A DNA stretch of 64,000 nucleotides from Flavobacteriales bacterium. GTDB taxonomy: Bacteria > Bacteroidota > Bacteroidia > NS11-12g > UBA955. The notes beneath the pieces are model-generated. The model was not told where the DNA came from. It worked only from the letters and a program-made list of their open reading frames with translations, and ran no database searches. Of the stretch, positions 41,393 to 52,423 are shown piece by piece. Position numbers and translations under genes: made by a program. Every line of letters starts with the position of its first letter. Position 1 is the first letter of the stretch. The stretch spans positions 10,623-74,622 of the forward strand of contig NSIM01000005.1 of the NCBI GenBank assembly GCA_002737705.1. The letters run 5' to 3'.

Positions 41393-41749
41393 ATGGCAAA
41401 AAATTCTAACCCCATGGAAAATACTGAGATTCACTCAAAGACCTATCTAAAAATTGGCGCTGTAAGTACAATGATTGGTGTTCCAGCCAGCACCTTGCGG
41501 TTTTGGGAGAAAATTTTCCCCCAAATTAAACCGATGAAAAACAAGAAGGGAGACCGGTTTTACACAGCCAAAGACATCGTGGTACTGAAAGAAATTTATT
41601 ATCTTTCTCATGAAAAAGGTATTCGTTTGGCCCAAGCTTCGAAGAAAGTAAAGCGGAATGAAGAATGGGTAAATCCCCAAGCCAAATTGATCCAAGAACT
41701 CAGAGAATTCAAAGAAAAGCTCATTAAAATCAAAGAACAACTAGAATGA
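41393..41749 (+). CDS. MerR-family HTH transcriptional regulator
   Basis: YLKIGAVSTMIGVPASTLRFWEK is a MerR-type HTH. A C-terminal coiled-coil follows. Confidence 0.6.
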   Translation: MAKNSNPMENTEIHSKTYLKIGAVSTMIGVPASTLRFWEKIFPQIKPMKNKKGDRFYTAKDIVVLKEIYYLSHEKGIRLAQASKKVKRNEEWVNPQAKLIQELREFKEKLIKIKEQLE

Positions 41750-42597
41750 CAAGCTTAGAAAGGAATATCGGAATCTGTGTATTAAACCTCATTCTGACTC
41801 CTTTCTTACAAGCACAATTAGATTCATTTGGGGGCATAATTCATACGAATATCCAGCCTTCTCATCCAAGAAAAACAATCCAAATACTCTTTCCTAACCT
41901 GTTTTATGGCGAACAGAAAGCGATTACAAATAGAATTTTTTGCAATTATTACAACTGCGCCTCCGGGGTGATGGATTTGGCTGCAATTCGTGTCGGATTC
42001 CAATACAAACAATGGATAATAGAGTCGGGCCATATCGGCAGCAAGGACCTATCCGATCAATCCTTAATGGTTTCAAAGGGATTGAAAATTGGCAATACGC
42101 TCTGGCTTCAAAGTGGTGTTGGCATTGCATACAAAAGAATCTTGGGTCAATTTGACAAACAATTGGGCATTCAGCCAATGATGCGCATAGGGTGTACCTA
42201 TAATTCCAAACAGGGTGGCGTATGGATTTACCAAACAAATCGATTTCTGGGCTTTTCAGAAATGGGTTCGAAAACGATAAAAGATGCCCAAAAAACGAAA
42301 CTATGGGCAAGCAATATATGGCAGGAAGATAGAATAATTTGGTTGGGAAATAGCACCCATCCACTACAGCCATGGGCTTCAATAATACGAAATGCTGAAA
42401 CAGTTTTCGTTGAAGGTGGAATGGTTTGGCTGGGAGAAAAACAGTGGCGCGGGATATTTGCTGCCCGCAGCAACGAAAGTCCCATAACATTGACAATTGT
42501 GAAAGAGGATAACCGATGGACAGCAGGATTAAGTTTTCAATGGCACCAGCGATTGGGCTGGCAAGGCGGATTACAGGCAAACTATTTTTGGCGGTAG
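41746..42597 (+). CDS. secreted hypothetical protein, possibly outer membrane
   Basis: Its start overlaps the MerR stop (ATGA). It has a signal peptide and a Trp-rich sequence, with an aromatic C-terminus ...NYFWR. Confidence 0.45.
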   Translation: MTSLERNIGICVLNLILTPFLQAQLDSFGGIIHTNIQPSHPRKTIQILFPNLFYGEQKAITNRIFCNYYNCASGVMDLAAIRVGFQYKQWIIESGHIGSKDLSDQSLMVSKGLKIGNTLWLQSGVGIAYKRILGQFDKQLGIQPMMRIGCTYNSKQGGVWIYQTNRFLGFSEMGSKTIKDAQKTKLWASNIWQEDRIIWLGNSTHPLQPWASIIRNAETVFVEGGMVWLGEKQWRGIFAARSNESPITLTIVKEDNRWTAGLSFQWHQRLGWQGGLQANYFWR

Positions 42598-44864
42598 TAT
42601 CCATGATTGGATGCCTGTCTATATGTTCTGCTCAACAGGGTAATGTTCATTTTCCGATCATCGTCGGAAATGCCATTCCATTGGATTCCAACAATTGGGT
42701 AAAAAATGGTTTGCGTACTGGAGACAGAAAAATGGTTGAACACAATCTATCATCTATCAATCGCTGCATAAACTGTCACAAAAAAACAGACACAAGAGAA
42801 TGTAAGTTGGTCAACAAATTGTGGCGTATAGATTCACTTGAAGCACAAAAAAGGATGCCCACTGTGATGCATGAAATAGACACGACCTTGATTTTCATCA
42901 ATCAAATGAGCGATGACGATATATTGCACCACCCATTGCTAAATTTTGAAGACGGAATATCCATCGTCAATTACAAAAAACAGTTTGGCCCAATATTAAA
43001 TATCAGCGAATTAATACATTGTAATATTGCAATATACAAATTAATAAATCTGAAGCCATTTCTTCGATTTGACATGCCAATGAATTGGCAAAAAAGTCAA
43101 TGGATTCAACAAATAAAGGAGTCTAAACAAAGTATTCTATACGGGATACAATACCAACATAATCTTAAACATGACCCAACAACCATTGGCAAGCCCATGG
43201 GTTATTCAATGCAATGGCGGTTCAACAATGCCCATACTTTTTCGACAGGCATAACGCTACAAAGCGACCCGGGGGAAATTGTATTTAGACCCGATTTTAC
43301 GAGTTTTCACTTGAGATTATCGCAATGGAAAAAGGTTGAATCATGGGTTTTTGGAAGGTATACAATGCAACTCGGACAAGGATTGGTGCAAGGGGGCCTT
43401 TCTGGATTTTGGAATGCACCCATTGTCTGGGCCAGAAAAACACCCGATTGGTTGTTGGCAGAAAAAAGAGGTTTTGATGAATTCCGTGGATATACAGGCT
43501 CTGCTATGGCACTCAAAATAGGGGCAATACGAATAATAGCCGCAATCTCATCACAAAAAATATCCTGTCGCATTAACGAATCAGGGGAAATCACATCCCT
43601 GATTACCGATGGCAGATTCACGACTTTGCTGAATGAAAAACGAAAAAACAATACCCAATTGAAGCATTTTACCCTAGCAAGCCAATATGAAAATACTGCA
43701 AATAGGTATTTAACAGGCATGGCAATCAGTGCAAACACATACAATCGCACATGGGCTCCCGGTCATAAATGGCCGAATAAAACCCTATTGCAAGGCGGAA
43801 ATTTTTCCTTTCAAGGAATCGGCTCTCTGTTTGTCTATTGTGAAACCTGGTTTACAAAATACAATCGCCATGGCGGGATGTTGTTTGGTCATTACGCAGT
43901 GCAATTTTTATTCGATCCAACCCAGACAATGCAAATCTCATTCAACCCCAAACTGACAAAAAAATGGAATGCTGCGACCTCGTGTGCAGGAATAGTAGGA
44001 TATGCCTTGACACTGGGGAAAGAAACAGATATTTCGGTTCGTTGCTACCGCATTGAATCCGGTTTTCAACCAAGCCAAGGGTTGTTTAACCAATACACAA
44101 AAAATCTATTCTCAACATCGACAATGATTAGCCAGGGTAGCCAGGGAAAACGCGAATTCAAATATGGACTTACTATTGGAAAAGATATCGATTATACTTC
44201 ATCGGGAATTCGGCCAGTAACCGTAAAACACCAGATCCAATGGAACGAACCCATTGGGAATAGTTTCATGATTGGTCTATTTTGGCAGCTTAGCAACAAC
44301 AAAAATGAGGGAAATTGGGATGATTTTGTGGGGGCAAACCATGTCGATGAAGCAGTGAATTACAGCAAAATTGGAATCCAACAAGATCGAACGATACTGG
44401 GGAATAACGCACAACGAATTACATTTCAGATACAGCACCAAGCATCTGTTGGATGGAATTTTAAAAACAAAATCGCAATCATTCCGCAACGTTTTGTGGG
44501 TCAAACATCTTGTCTCTTTGCATTGACTTGCACCCATCGAAAGCCCTTTTCACCACTAAAAATTGGAGCAGAAATACTGCAATTCACTACCCCAATTGCT
44601 TTATACCACCAACCCATTAGTACCGCAAATAATTTTACGTCCTGGGTATTAACCGGGAAGGGATCAGCTGCCAATCTCCTTATCGAACACACCCTTGGAA
44701 CACGGAAAAAATTCGCGAACCCCATTGCCAAAACCCCTGAAAACCTCAAGAAAAAACAAAATTCACAAAAAATACACCTCTCCCTTCGCGCTGAAATCGT
44801 TCATAAAACAGAGAGTCAAAATTCTTATCAACCCCGTATTTTTGTATCGCTATGCTGGAAATAA
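42540..44864 (+). CDS. large secreted hypothetical protein
   Basis: Signal peptide ...[18 protein letters not shown]. It overlaps the upstream gene and is probably cotranscribed. Confidence 0.45.
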   Translation: MAPAIGLARRITGKLFLAVVSMIGCLSICSAQQGNVHFPIIVGNAIPLDSNNWVKNGLRTGDRKMVEHNLSSINRCINCHKKTDTRECKLVNKLWRIDSLEAQKRMPTVMHEIDTTLIFINQMSDDDILHHPLLNFEDGISIVNYKKQFGPILNISELIHCNIAIYKLINLKPFLRFDMPMNWQKSQWIQQIKESKQSILYGIQYQHNLKHDPTTIGKPMGYSMQWRFNNAHTFSTGITLQSDPGEIVFRPDFTSFHLRLSQWKKVESWVFGRYTMQLGQGLVQGGLSGFWNAPIVWARKTPDWLLAEKRGFDEFRGYTGSAMALKIGAIRIIAAISSQKISCRINESGEITSLITDGRFTTLLNEKRKNNTQLKHFTLASQYENTANRYLTGMAISANTYNRTWAPGHKWPNKTLLQGGNFSFQGIGSLFVYCETWFTKYNRHGGMLFGHYAVQFLFDPTQTMQISFNPKLTKKWNAATSCAGIVGYALTLGKETDISVRCYRIESGFQPSQGLFNQYTKNLFSTSTMISQGSQGKREFKYGLTIGKDIDYTSSGIRPVTVKHQIQWNEPIGNSFMIGLFWQLSNNKNEGNWDDFVGANHVDEAVNYSKIGIQQDRTILGNNAQRITFQIQHQASVGWNFKNKIAIIPQRFVGQTSCLFALTCTHRKPFSPLKIGAEILQFTTPIALYHQPISTANNFTSWVLTGKGSAANLLIEHTLGTRKKFANPIAKTPENLKKKQNSQKIHLSLRAEIVHKTESQNSYQPRIFVSLCWK

Positions 44865-45622
44865 TAAGTACAAAAAATGCGTTTGACAATCATGGAATCG
44901 CATTGGGCCCAACACTTTCTGTTAACCTGAACAAAATTGCCACGCTCAGAAACGCAAGGGGTGGCAACAATCCAGATATTCTTCTGGTTGCCCGTGATTG
45001 TGAGCGATTTGGGGCGCAAGGCATAACAGTTCACCCGCGTCCAGATGGACGCCATATTCGCCATGACGATGTGGTCGAATTATCAAAAATCATTGGTACC
45101 GAGTTTAATATTGAAGGCTATCCCACTGAAGAGTTTCTCCAATTAATTGAAAAAATAAACCCTGCCCAGGTAACACTTGTTCCAGATCCCCCGGATGCAT
45201 TAACCTCAAATGCGGGTTGGAATACACTCCAAGAAAAAGATTTTTTGTGTGATGTTGTTGCCCGTATAAAAGCATCACATGCCCGGGTTTCCCTGTTTTT
45301 GAACCCCGACCCACGCATGGTTGAGGCAGCAGCGTTGTCGGGGGCATCCCGCATCGAATTGTATACGGAAGCATATGCCAAGGGATTTTATTCTGACCCT
45401 GTTGTTGCACTAAAACCCTATATCGAAACAGCAAATATGGCTTTGCAAGCAGGATTGGGAATCAATGCAGGCCATGATTTGAATTTGGAAAATCTCAATT
45501 ACCTAGCAAAAAATCTCAATGGCTTACAAGAAGTATCTATAGGCCATGCATTGATTTGTGATGCCTTGTATTTCGGACTGCAGAACACCATTCAGATGTA
45601 CTTAAAACAGCTCAAACAATAG
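44852..45622 (+). CDS. pdxJ: pyridoxine 5'-phosphate synthase
   Basis: [17 protein letters not shown] and [12 protein letters not shown] are PdxJ signatures. The start may be the downstream TTG near 44903. Confidence 0.8.
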   Translation: MLEIISTKNAFDNHGIALGPTLSVNLNKIATLRNARGGNNPDILLVARDCERFGAQGITVHPRPDGRHIRHDDVVELSKIIGTEFNIEGYPTEEFLQLIEKINPAQVTLVPDPPDALTSNAGWNTLQEKDFLCDVVARIKASHARVSLFLNPDPRMVEAAALSGASRIELYTEAYAKGFYSDPVVALKPYIETANMALQAGLGINAGHDLNLENLNYLAKNLNGLQEVSIGHALICDALYFGLQNTIQMYLKQLKQ

Positions 45623-45674
45623 GCTAAATAGACATTGCAAAGCTTAGATTACAAACCAAACATATTCGCCCGCA

Positions 45675-46616
45675 ATGCACAAGGTAGTTTCTTTTTTACT
45701 GTTGTTTATGTTGGCCCATGAGCCTCTTTTTGCTTGGGGTTTCCTCGGACACAAAACAATCAATAAGCAAGCAGTATTTGCCTTGCCACAACCCCTATTT
45801 CAATTTTACAAGACCCATATAGAATTTATATCCGAACATGCTGTTGATCCAGACCAAAGAAGGTATAGCGATAGCTCTGAAGCCTGTAAACATTATTTAG
45901 ACATCGAACGATATGAAACTGTTATGCCTCTCGACACATTGTCCAAATTCTGGAAAATCGCCCTAACACAATATCCATCCGATACGCTTCTTGCCTATGG
46001 CATCCTTCCTTGGCATGTTCAATTTATGCTGTATCGACTCAGCGAAGCTTTTAGAAATAAAAACATAGACCAAATTCTGCACTTGTCGGCAGACATAGGC
46101 CACTATGTAGCCGATGCACATGTTCCCCTTCATACAAGTATGAACTATGATGGGCAATGGACCCACCAACAAGGAATCCATGCACTATGGGAAACCAGAA
46201 TTCCCCAAATAAGCCTGTCCAAATACAATTTAATTGTTCCGATTGCCCACTATCTCCCCTATCCTGCCGACACCATCTGGTCGATTGTTGAACAAAGCCA
46301 TGAATACCTCAATTGCGTCCTTGTTACAGAACAAAATCTTAAAACACAATGGGGTGAATCCAATAAATGGGAATTGGATGGAAACAGCAAAGGAAAAACA
46401 ATAAAACAGGTAAAAAAACAGTATGCCCTCACCTATGAAGCGCAACTGAACAACATGGTTGAAATGCGTATGTTTCAATCTATCCATTTGGTAGCCTGTT
46501 TTTGGTATACCGCTTGGATTTTGGGCGGTCAGCCCAATTTACTAGCCACAAACAAATCCGTAGACGCTATCATAGAACCCCTTGATCTCTTGATGATTGG
46601 TCGGCCAGAAAAATAA
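45675..46616 (+). CDS. S1/P1 nuclease or zinc phospholipase C-like secreted protein
   Basis: The mature N-terminus begins WGFLGHKTI, the conserved Trp-1 and His pattern of S1/P1 nucleases and PLC. Confidence 0.5.
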   Translation: MHKVVSFLLLFMLAHEPLFAWGFLGHKTINKQAVFALPQPLFQFYKTHIEFISEHAVDPDQRRYSDSSEACKHYLDIERYETVMPLDTLSKFWKIALTQYPSDTLLAYGILPWHVQFMLYRLSEAFRNKNIDQILHLSADIGHYVADAHVPLHTSMNYDGQWTHQQGIHALWETRIPQISLSKYNLIVPIAHYLPYPADTIWSIVEQSHEYLNCVLVTEQNLKTQWGESNKWELDGNSKGKTIKQVKKQYALTYEAQLNNMVEMRMFQSIHLVACFWYTAWILGGQPNLLATNKSVDAIIEPLDLLMIGRPEK

Positions 46617-46617
46617 A

Positions 46618-48588
46618 TTATTGAATCTTGACTACACGCATCTCAATGCGTCGGTTTTGGCTTCGACCCAAGTCTGAATCATTGCTTACAACGGGCTGGG
46701 TGTCCCCATACCCTTTAGAAGTAAGTCTTTTTTGATCGATCCCCTGGGTTTTAAGATAATGTATTACTGCTGAAGCCCGCAGGCCCGACAAACGCATATT
46801 ATACTCAGCGGACCCTTGATTGTCTGTATGCCCAAGAACCTCAATTGCCATCAGCGGATTGGCCCGCATCAAAGTTTCGACCATTTTCAATTCAATGAAA
46901 CTTTCAGATTTAATATCAAATTTGTCCGTATCAAAAAATATATTGTTTAAGGTTACAAGTTGTTTGGGCTCAATGGGACTGAGTTTCGCCACAACCTTAA
47001 AGGGGTTCTCTACACTTGATTCAATGGGTTGAAAATTAAAACTTTGGGTTAGAAAACCCATTGCTGAAGCATGCAAAGCGTAGTTGACATTGGGAAACAA
47101 TGGAATAAAAAAATCTTGAACGCTGTCTTCGAAGACAACTTTTCCTGTACTTAAATCAATCAATCGAACCAAGGCTATGATTGTTTTTTTTGTTTTGGCA
47201 TTCAATAACAATCCAGACACATAGGTAACTGCTTTGGGCTTAAATTTCTCTGGGACCAAAAAACGATAAATATCCAGACCGCCATTGCCACCCAATCGAT
47301 CGCTGGCAAAATAGCCCGTCTTTCCAACAGCGTCGATATACAATCCAAATTCTTCGGCTGTTGTATTTAAGACAGACCCCAAATTCTCCGGTATTGACCA
47401 TTGATTATCCATTCCCAAACGCGACATGTGCAAATCAGCACCTCCAAACCCAGTATGCCCTAGGCTTGAGAAATACAGGGTTCTGCCATCATAGTGGAGA
47501 AAAGGTGCATCATCGTCATCTTTGGTATTGATGGTAGAACCCAAATTTTCCGGATTGCTCCATGCCCCATTGGTTAATTTACTCATCCATAGATCTTTGC
47601 CTCCGAATCCTCCTTTTCTTGCGCTTGCAAACACAAGTGTATGTCCATCTCCACTGATTGCAGGCTGGCAGTCCCATGAACTTCCATTGACCGGGGCACC
47701 CAAATTATCGCCCTTTTGCCAGGCAGAACCATCGAGGTAACTCACATACAAATCACAACTACCCAATCCTCCAGGTTGATTGCAACGGGAGTAATACAAA
47801 GCCGATCCGTCTGCCTTAACACTCAGTGTTCCCTCATTCTCGGCAGTATTGATCGTTCCAGAAGCGGCAAAGGCTTTGCCCCAAACACCACCAACGCGCT
47901 CACTGATATAAAAATCTTCTTGCCCATCCACCATTCGGGTAAATACAAATCGATCCCCACTAAAAGGCATCCCAGGCCAATATTCATTCTGGGCAGTATT
48001 GATTCTAGATCCCATATTTTGAATCTGGAGATTTTCGGAAATATTGACATCTTCCATTGCTATTTCAATGCTGGCCGACAAGCGATGGGCTTTGTCTACC
48101 AAACGCGTAGAAGCCTTGTGTTTGGATGGAATAAAGGACTTTAAATGGGGAATACTGTCAAAATATTGCACTGTATAAAGAGCTTCTTTAAAGTGTTTGT
48201 TGCGGTACAAATACTCACCATAATAAAAATACATGGGTTGGTATTCTGGGGCTACCCGCAAACAATTTCTATAAGACTTGCTGGCATTGAGGGTGTCATG
48301 AAGTGCCTCATAAATCGAAGCTTGTAATGAATAGGCATCGGCAAATGTGGGATCGGCATGTAAAGCCTTCTTTACACTTATAGAGGCTTTGGAAAACTCC
48401 GCTGCTTGAAATTGGACATTTGCGGTTTGTAAATGCTTTTTTGCCTTCGTATTTTGTGCGCCCAAAGGCGATGTTATGCATAAAAAAACAATGCAAAACA
48501 CTACAGAATATTTTACACCCTGAGCGAATCGGTAGGCAAACGGTCTGTTCTCTAGATACATGTCTTTTAAATTCAAATACAATGCCAC
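46618..48588 (-). CDS. OmpA-family protein with TPR and PD40/TolB-like repeats and a C-terminal OmpA domain
   Basis: The C-terminus NIFFDTDKFDI...GHTDNQGSAEYNMRLSGLRA...NRRIEMRV is an OmpA peptidoglycan-binding domain. Confidence 0.75.
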   Translation of the reverse strand: MALYLNLKDMYLENRPFAYRFAQGVKYSVVFCIVFLCITSPLGAQNTKAKKHLQTANVQFQAAEFSKASISVKKALHADPTFADAYSLQASIYEALHDTLNASKSYRNCLRVAPEYQPMYFYYGEYLYRNKHFKEALYTVQYFDSIPHLKSFIPSKHKASTRLVDKAHRLSASIEIAMEDVNISENLQIQNMGSRINTAQNEYWPGMPFSGDRFVFTRMVDGQEDFYISERVGGVWGKAFAASGTINTAENEGTLSVKADGSALYYSRCNQPGGLGSCDLYVSYLDGSAWQKGDNLGAPVNGSSWDCQPAISGDGHTLVFASARKGGFGGKDLWMSKLTNGAWSNPENLGSTINTKDDDDAPFLHYDGRTLYFSSLGHTGFGGADLHMSRLGMDNQWSIPENLGSVLNTTAEEFGLYIDAVGKTGYFASDRLGGNGGLDIYRFLVPEKFKPKAVTYVSGLLLNAKTKKTIIALVRLIDLSTGKVVFEDSVQDFFIPLFPNVNYALHASAMGFLTQSFNFQPIESSVENPFKVVAKLSPIEPKQLVTLNNIFFDTDKFDIKSESFIELKMVETLMRANPLMAIEVLGHTDNQGSAEYNMRLSGLRASAVIHYLKTQGIDQKRLTSKGYGDTQPVVSNDSDLGRSQNRRIEMRVVKIQ

Positions 48589-48849
48589 TTATGGCTGCAA
48601 ATTAAAGCCTATTTATCAGGACATCCAATCTGGGAAGCCCAACACCAGATCCAATCCATTTTGGGAATGGATGCGGGTGGCTCCGAAACCGGACCAACTG
48701 CCATCCACTTCCCAATCGCTGTGGAATACTTCCTCCACCATCTTTCGGCCGAGTTTTTAACACCTGAAGGTTATTTTCGCCCGTGAAATTAAGCATAGAA
48801 ACCCTTTGTATTGGGGTAAAGAGCTGATTCGGATTTTGGCACAGAATTG

Positions 48850-49464
48850 TTATTTCCAACGAATTGTTTTTATGAGATGGTAAACATCTTGTTCTATAAA
48901 TTTTAATACGGGTGCTATGCTGTCAGATTCAGTGTGGTGGTTAAAGTAGAGGGCTCCCCGCAAAAAATGCCCCACGCTGTCTGTAACGTAAAAATTTACA
49001 TTGCTAGCCGTATTTCCCTGAATATCGTAAATGAGCCCCTTAGCCAAGGGATTCATTGATTGGGTTGGGCGTTCCAAAATATCATCGGCTTTCTGCAAGT
49101 GCTTGTTGACCAGTTTTCGTGTATCGTAGAGTAAGCTATCAAATAAATCCCACTCATCGAAAGGGTAATAGGTCAAAAACAGGGTTGCGTCAAATTGCGG
49201 GAAGTTAACATTATACCAACCAGGCGTATGAACCCCATTGTTGCTGTCTGCAGCCAAAAGTGCGTATTGTGGTATCTCAAAAACAACGGGCAAATCAGGT
49301 TTTTCAACCCGATTGTATTGCTTAGAGGGCAGGTCTATTTTGGGATACGATTTGGGTTTGGGGACATACGAATCTGTTCCGCCACCGCCGCAAGACAATA
49401 GCAACAATAAACAAAAACCATACCTGCACTTAGCGAGAAATCTTGGCATCTGAATTAATGTCAA
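48850..49464 (-). CDS. gldD: gliding motility lipoprotein GldD
   Basis: Lipobox LLSCGGG. Motifs PKPKSYPKI, LFLTYYP and GNTASNVNFYVTDSVGHFL...IRWK match what I recall of GldD. It is immediately downstream of gldE. Confidence 0.6.
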   Translation of the reverse strand: MTLIQMPRFLAKCRYGFCLLLLLSCGGGGTDSYVPKPKSYPKIDLPSKQYNRVEKPDLPVVFEIPQYALLAADSNNGVHTPGWYNVNFPQFDATLFLTYYPFDEWDLFDSLLYDTRKLVNKHLQKADDILERPTQSMNPLAKGLIYDIQGNTASNVNFYVTDSVGHFLRGALYFNHHTESDSIAPVLKFIEQDVYHLIKTIRWK

Positions 49465-50797
49465 TTTTTACCTTATTAACGCGGCGTTGATCTGCCAATT
49501 CAACTGTAAAACCAATACCCGCAAGAACAATAGCATCGCCCCGTTTGGGCATTCTGCCCAAACGCTCCGTTATCATCCCTCCCAAACTATCACTCTCCAA
49601 TTCCAAATTGTCAAATATATCAATGGGCAAGCCCAATTCACGAATAAAATCAACCAGCAATTTCTTTCCCTCAAACAAATAAACCCCCTTATTAATTTCT
49701 GCAAATTCCTTGTCTACCTCATCGAACTCATCTTGCATATCACCAAAAACCTCATCTAAAATATCCTCCATGGTGATAATGCCACTGGTACCGCCAAATT
49801 CATCAACCACAATAGCGATGTGAATGCGGTTATTGCGCATTTCTTGAAGGGTGTCATCAATGGCCTTGTTTTCAGGAATAAAATATGGTGTTGAAACAAA
49901 TTGCTGCCATTGAAAATCATTGGTCTGGTCAAGATGCGGAATCAAATTTTTAATATTAAGAACGCCTTTAATTGTATCCAGCGTTTGGGAATATACAGGC
50001 ATTCTGGAAAATCCTTTTTCACGAATTAATTGTAATACTGCATGGTACTGAACATCCTCTGAGATGGCTACCATATCGACCCTTGACCTCATTATTTGCT
50101 TCACTTGAATACTTCCCATATTCACAATTCCTTTCAGAATTTCCTTTTCCTGTTGGGCATCATCTTCATCACTTGCCATATCAATGGCACGGCTCAGTTC
50201 TTCTGGGGTAAGTTCATTGGCATTGGGTTTAACCTTTCGCTCTAACACAGAACCAAACTTTACCAATAAATGAGTCAATGGCCATAAAATAGATACAAAA
50301 ACCCGCATCGGATACACCAAGAAACGGGCAGATGATTTATAGTGTTGGGTTGCAAATACCTTAGGCATAACCTCTCCAAACACCAAAATAATAATGGTCA
50401 CGACAATGGCCTCAATAAAAAATTTTAACCACGGAAAAGCCCCTAAGTCAAACAAGCTTTCTGACAACACAATAGACATCAATACAAAGGCAACATTCAC
50501 CAAACTATTGAGCAGTAAAATAGTGGCTAATAAATGCTTTGGGCGATCAAGTAACTGTATAATAATCTTAGAAATGGGCGATATACTAGAACGAAGTTCC
50601 TCAATATCACTTTCTCTGTGAGAAAAAAAAGCATTCTCTGAGGCTGCACAAATCGCTGAAATTGTCAGGCATACCACCATCAAAGACCCATACAATACAA
50701 TTTCGGGCACCATGGATGCGTCAACGTGCTTGATTATACCCAGTAAACATATCGAACTCGCCGAACCAGGAGCATACATAAACATGCAATAATCCAT
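49430..50797 (-). CDS. gldE: gliding motility-associated protein GldE (DUF21-CBS-CorC/HlyC transporter-associated domains)
   Basis: CNNM/CorC architecture sitting between ssb and gldD, as in the Flavobacterium johnsoniae locus. The real start is possibly the Met at 50713. Confidence 0.65.
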   Translation of the reverse strand: MDYCMFMYAPGSASSICLLGIIKHVDASMVPEIVLYGSLMVVCLTISAICAASENAFFSHRESDIEELRSSISPISKIIIQLLDRPKHLLATILLLNSLVNVAFVLMSIVLSESLFDLGAFPWLKFFIEAIVVTIIILVFGEVMPKVFATQHYKSSARFLVYPMRVFVSILWPLTHLLVKFGSVLERKVKPNANELTPEELSRAIDMASDEDDAQQEKEILKGIVNMGSIQVKQIMRSRVDMVAISEDVQYHAVLQLIREKGFSRMPVYSQTLDTIKGVLNIKNLIPHLDQTNDFQWQQFVSTPYFIPENKAIDDTLQEMRNNRIHIAIVVDEFGGTSGIITMEDILDEVFGDMQDEFDEVDKEFAEINKGVYLFEGKKLLVDFIRELGLPIDIFDNLELESDSLGGMITERLGRMPKRGDAIVLAGIGFTVELADQRRVNKVKIDINSDAKISR

Positions 50798-51306
50798 TAA
50801 GATGACAATCCTCCGCTATCTTCAAGTCCATCTCTAAGATCTACTTTACCCTGATCTTCTGCGGTGAATTCTGAATCTATGTCCCCATGGACTTTGTCTG
50901 CTATTTCACTGCTATTGGTAGAATCTTCGCTCAATACACCTACTTGATCAATGCGGGTTATTGCTTCATCATTGCGCAAACCCAGAATTGAACCCATCAT
51001 TTGGAAATTATTGACCCGAATTTTGCGAACCTGTCGCTCCTGCCCATCGGCATCGGTATAACGGTCTGTTTTAATCTTTCCCTCTACGTATAATAAGTTT
51101 GCCTTTTTTAGGTACTTTTCGGCCGTATCAGCCAACTTATCCCACATTTCCAAGTTATGCCATTCGGTGCTTTCAAGGCGTTGGCCATCTTTGGTATAGT
51201 AATCATTGGTGGCCATTGTCACATTTGCAACCACCCTTCCATTTTCCAACCTGCGAACCACAGGGTCTTTTCCCAACCGGCCCATTAAAATTACTTTGTT
51301 AATCAT
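50797..51306 (-). CDS. ssb: single-stranded DNA-binding protein
   Basis: MINKVILMGRLGKDP...TEWHN OB-fold signature. Confidence 0.85.
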   Translation of the reverse strand: MINKVILMGRLGKDPVVRRLENGRVVANVTMATNDYYTKDGQRLESTEWHNLEMWDKLADTAEKYLKKANLLYVEGKIKTDRYTDADGQERQVRKIRVNNFQMMGSILGLRNDEAITRIDQVGVLSEDSTNSSEIADKVHGDIDSEFTAEDQGKVDLRDGLEDSGGLSS

Positions 51307-51339
51307 ATTTGTTCTTTGTTTTTTAATATCTCTCTTCTG

Positions 51340-52374
51340 CTATGTAAATTTAATCATTTTTTCCATCAATCGATGAATGGGTAAATTGGCAATACTTTCT
51401 TTGTTATGCCATTCCCAATCACTTGGTGAAACAAACTTATCGTCAGATATTCTCAAATACCAGCATGTTGCATAAATTGTTTGGTGCGTGAGTTGATGCT
51501 TGAAGGTTTTCTTCGAAATTATTGAAATATTATCCACAATTCCAAAAAGGGCTAAAATGGCCTCTAAGTGGTCCAATTTATCTTCGCGAGAGACCGCAGG
51601 AAACTCATATAAATGCTGGTAAATACCCGACTCATTTCTAATCCGAATGGCCACCGTATCGCCCCGATGTAGGCAGAGATAATGCCGGTATTTAGCCATG
51701 GGTTTTTGCTTTTGTACCACAACAGGAATTTGATTTTGTAATTTATTCAAAAAAGCGACACAATGAGAATTTAACGGGCATTCTTCGCATTTTGGCTGCT
51801 TGGGCAAACACAATAAAGCCCCTACTTCAATCATCGCTTGGTTAAAGATATTGGCGTTGGTTTGGACAATTGCTACCCGTAACACTGCGTGTAGCTGGGT
51901 GTAAAATTGGCTTGTGTGAATTGGCTCATACAGTCCAAAGAACCTTGCCCCCACACGTTTTACATTTCCATCGATGGCTGGCTCCGGCAATCCATATGCG
52001 AAAGATGCAATGGCAGAAGCCGTATAATTTCCGATGCCGGGCAGGGCCAAAAGCATCTCTACATTGGTAGGGAAAACCCCACTGTGCGCGGAAAGAATAA
52101 GCTTGGCCGCCTTGTGCATATTTCGGGCACGAGCATAGTATCCCAAGCCCTGCCAAGATTTCAATATTTCTTGCTCGCTGGCATTGGCAAGCGCCTGTAT
52201 ATTAGGAAATGCCAGCACAAATCGATTGTAATAACCAAGCCCTTGCACTACCCTTGTTTGTTGAAGAATGATCTCAGAAATCCAAATTTTATAAGGATCG
52301 TTTGTCTCTCTCCAAGGAAGGTTTCTTGCAGTAATTTTATACCATTTTAACAAAGTTGGGATAACTCTTTCCAT
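51340..52374 (-). CDS. mutY: A/G-specific adenine DNA glycosylase
   Basis: HhH-GPD LPGIGNYTASAI. The [4Fe-4S] loop is C-x6-C-x2-C-x5-C (CLPKQPKCEECPLNSHC). A C-terminal Nudix-like domain is present. The start is taken at MERVIPT because the longer ORF would overlap hup. Confidence 0.85.
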   Translation of the reverse strand: MERVIPTLLKWYKITARNLPWRETNDPYKIWISEIILQQTRVVQGLGYYNRFVLAFPNIQALANASEQEILKSWQGLGYYARARNMHKAAKLILSAHSGVFPTNVEMLLALPGIGNYTASAIASFAYGLPEPAIDGNVKRVGARFFGLYEPIHTSQFYTQLHAVLRVAIVQTNANIFNQAMIEVGALLCLPKQPKCEECPLNSHCVAFLNKLQNQIPVVVQKQKPMAKYRHYLCLHRGDTVAIRIRNESGIYQHLYEFPAVSREDKLDHLEAILALFGIVDNISIISKKTFKHQLTHQTIYATCWYLRISDDKFVSPSDWEWHNKESIANLPIHRLMEKMIKFT

Positions 52375-52423
52375 AAACAGTAGCAAAAGAACAACTTTTG
52401 TACTTTTTTTGCACCCTAATATT

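Noticed and set aside
41924-42604. 226-aa minus-strand ORF
   Set aside because: It is antisense to the operon-embedded 283-aa secreted protein, which has a signal peptide and ATGA coupling to MerR. The minus frame is Cys-rich and looks like junk.
47716-48144. 142-aa plus-strand ORF
   Set aside because: Antisense inside the OmpA/TPR gene.
51907-52350. 147-aa plus-strand ORF
   Set aside because: Antisense inside mutY.
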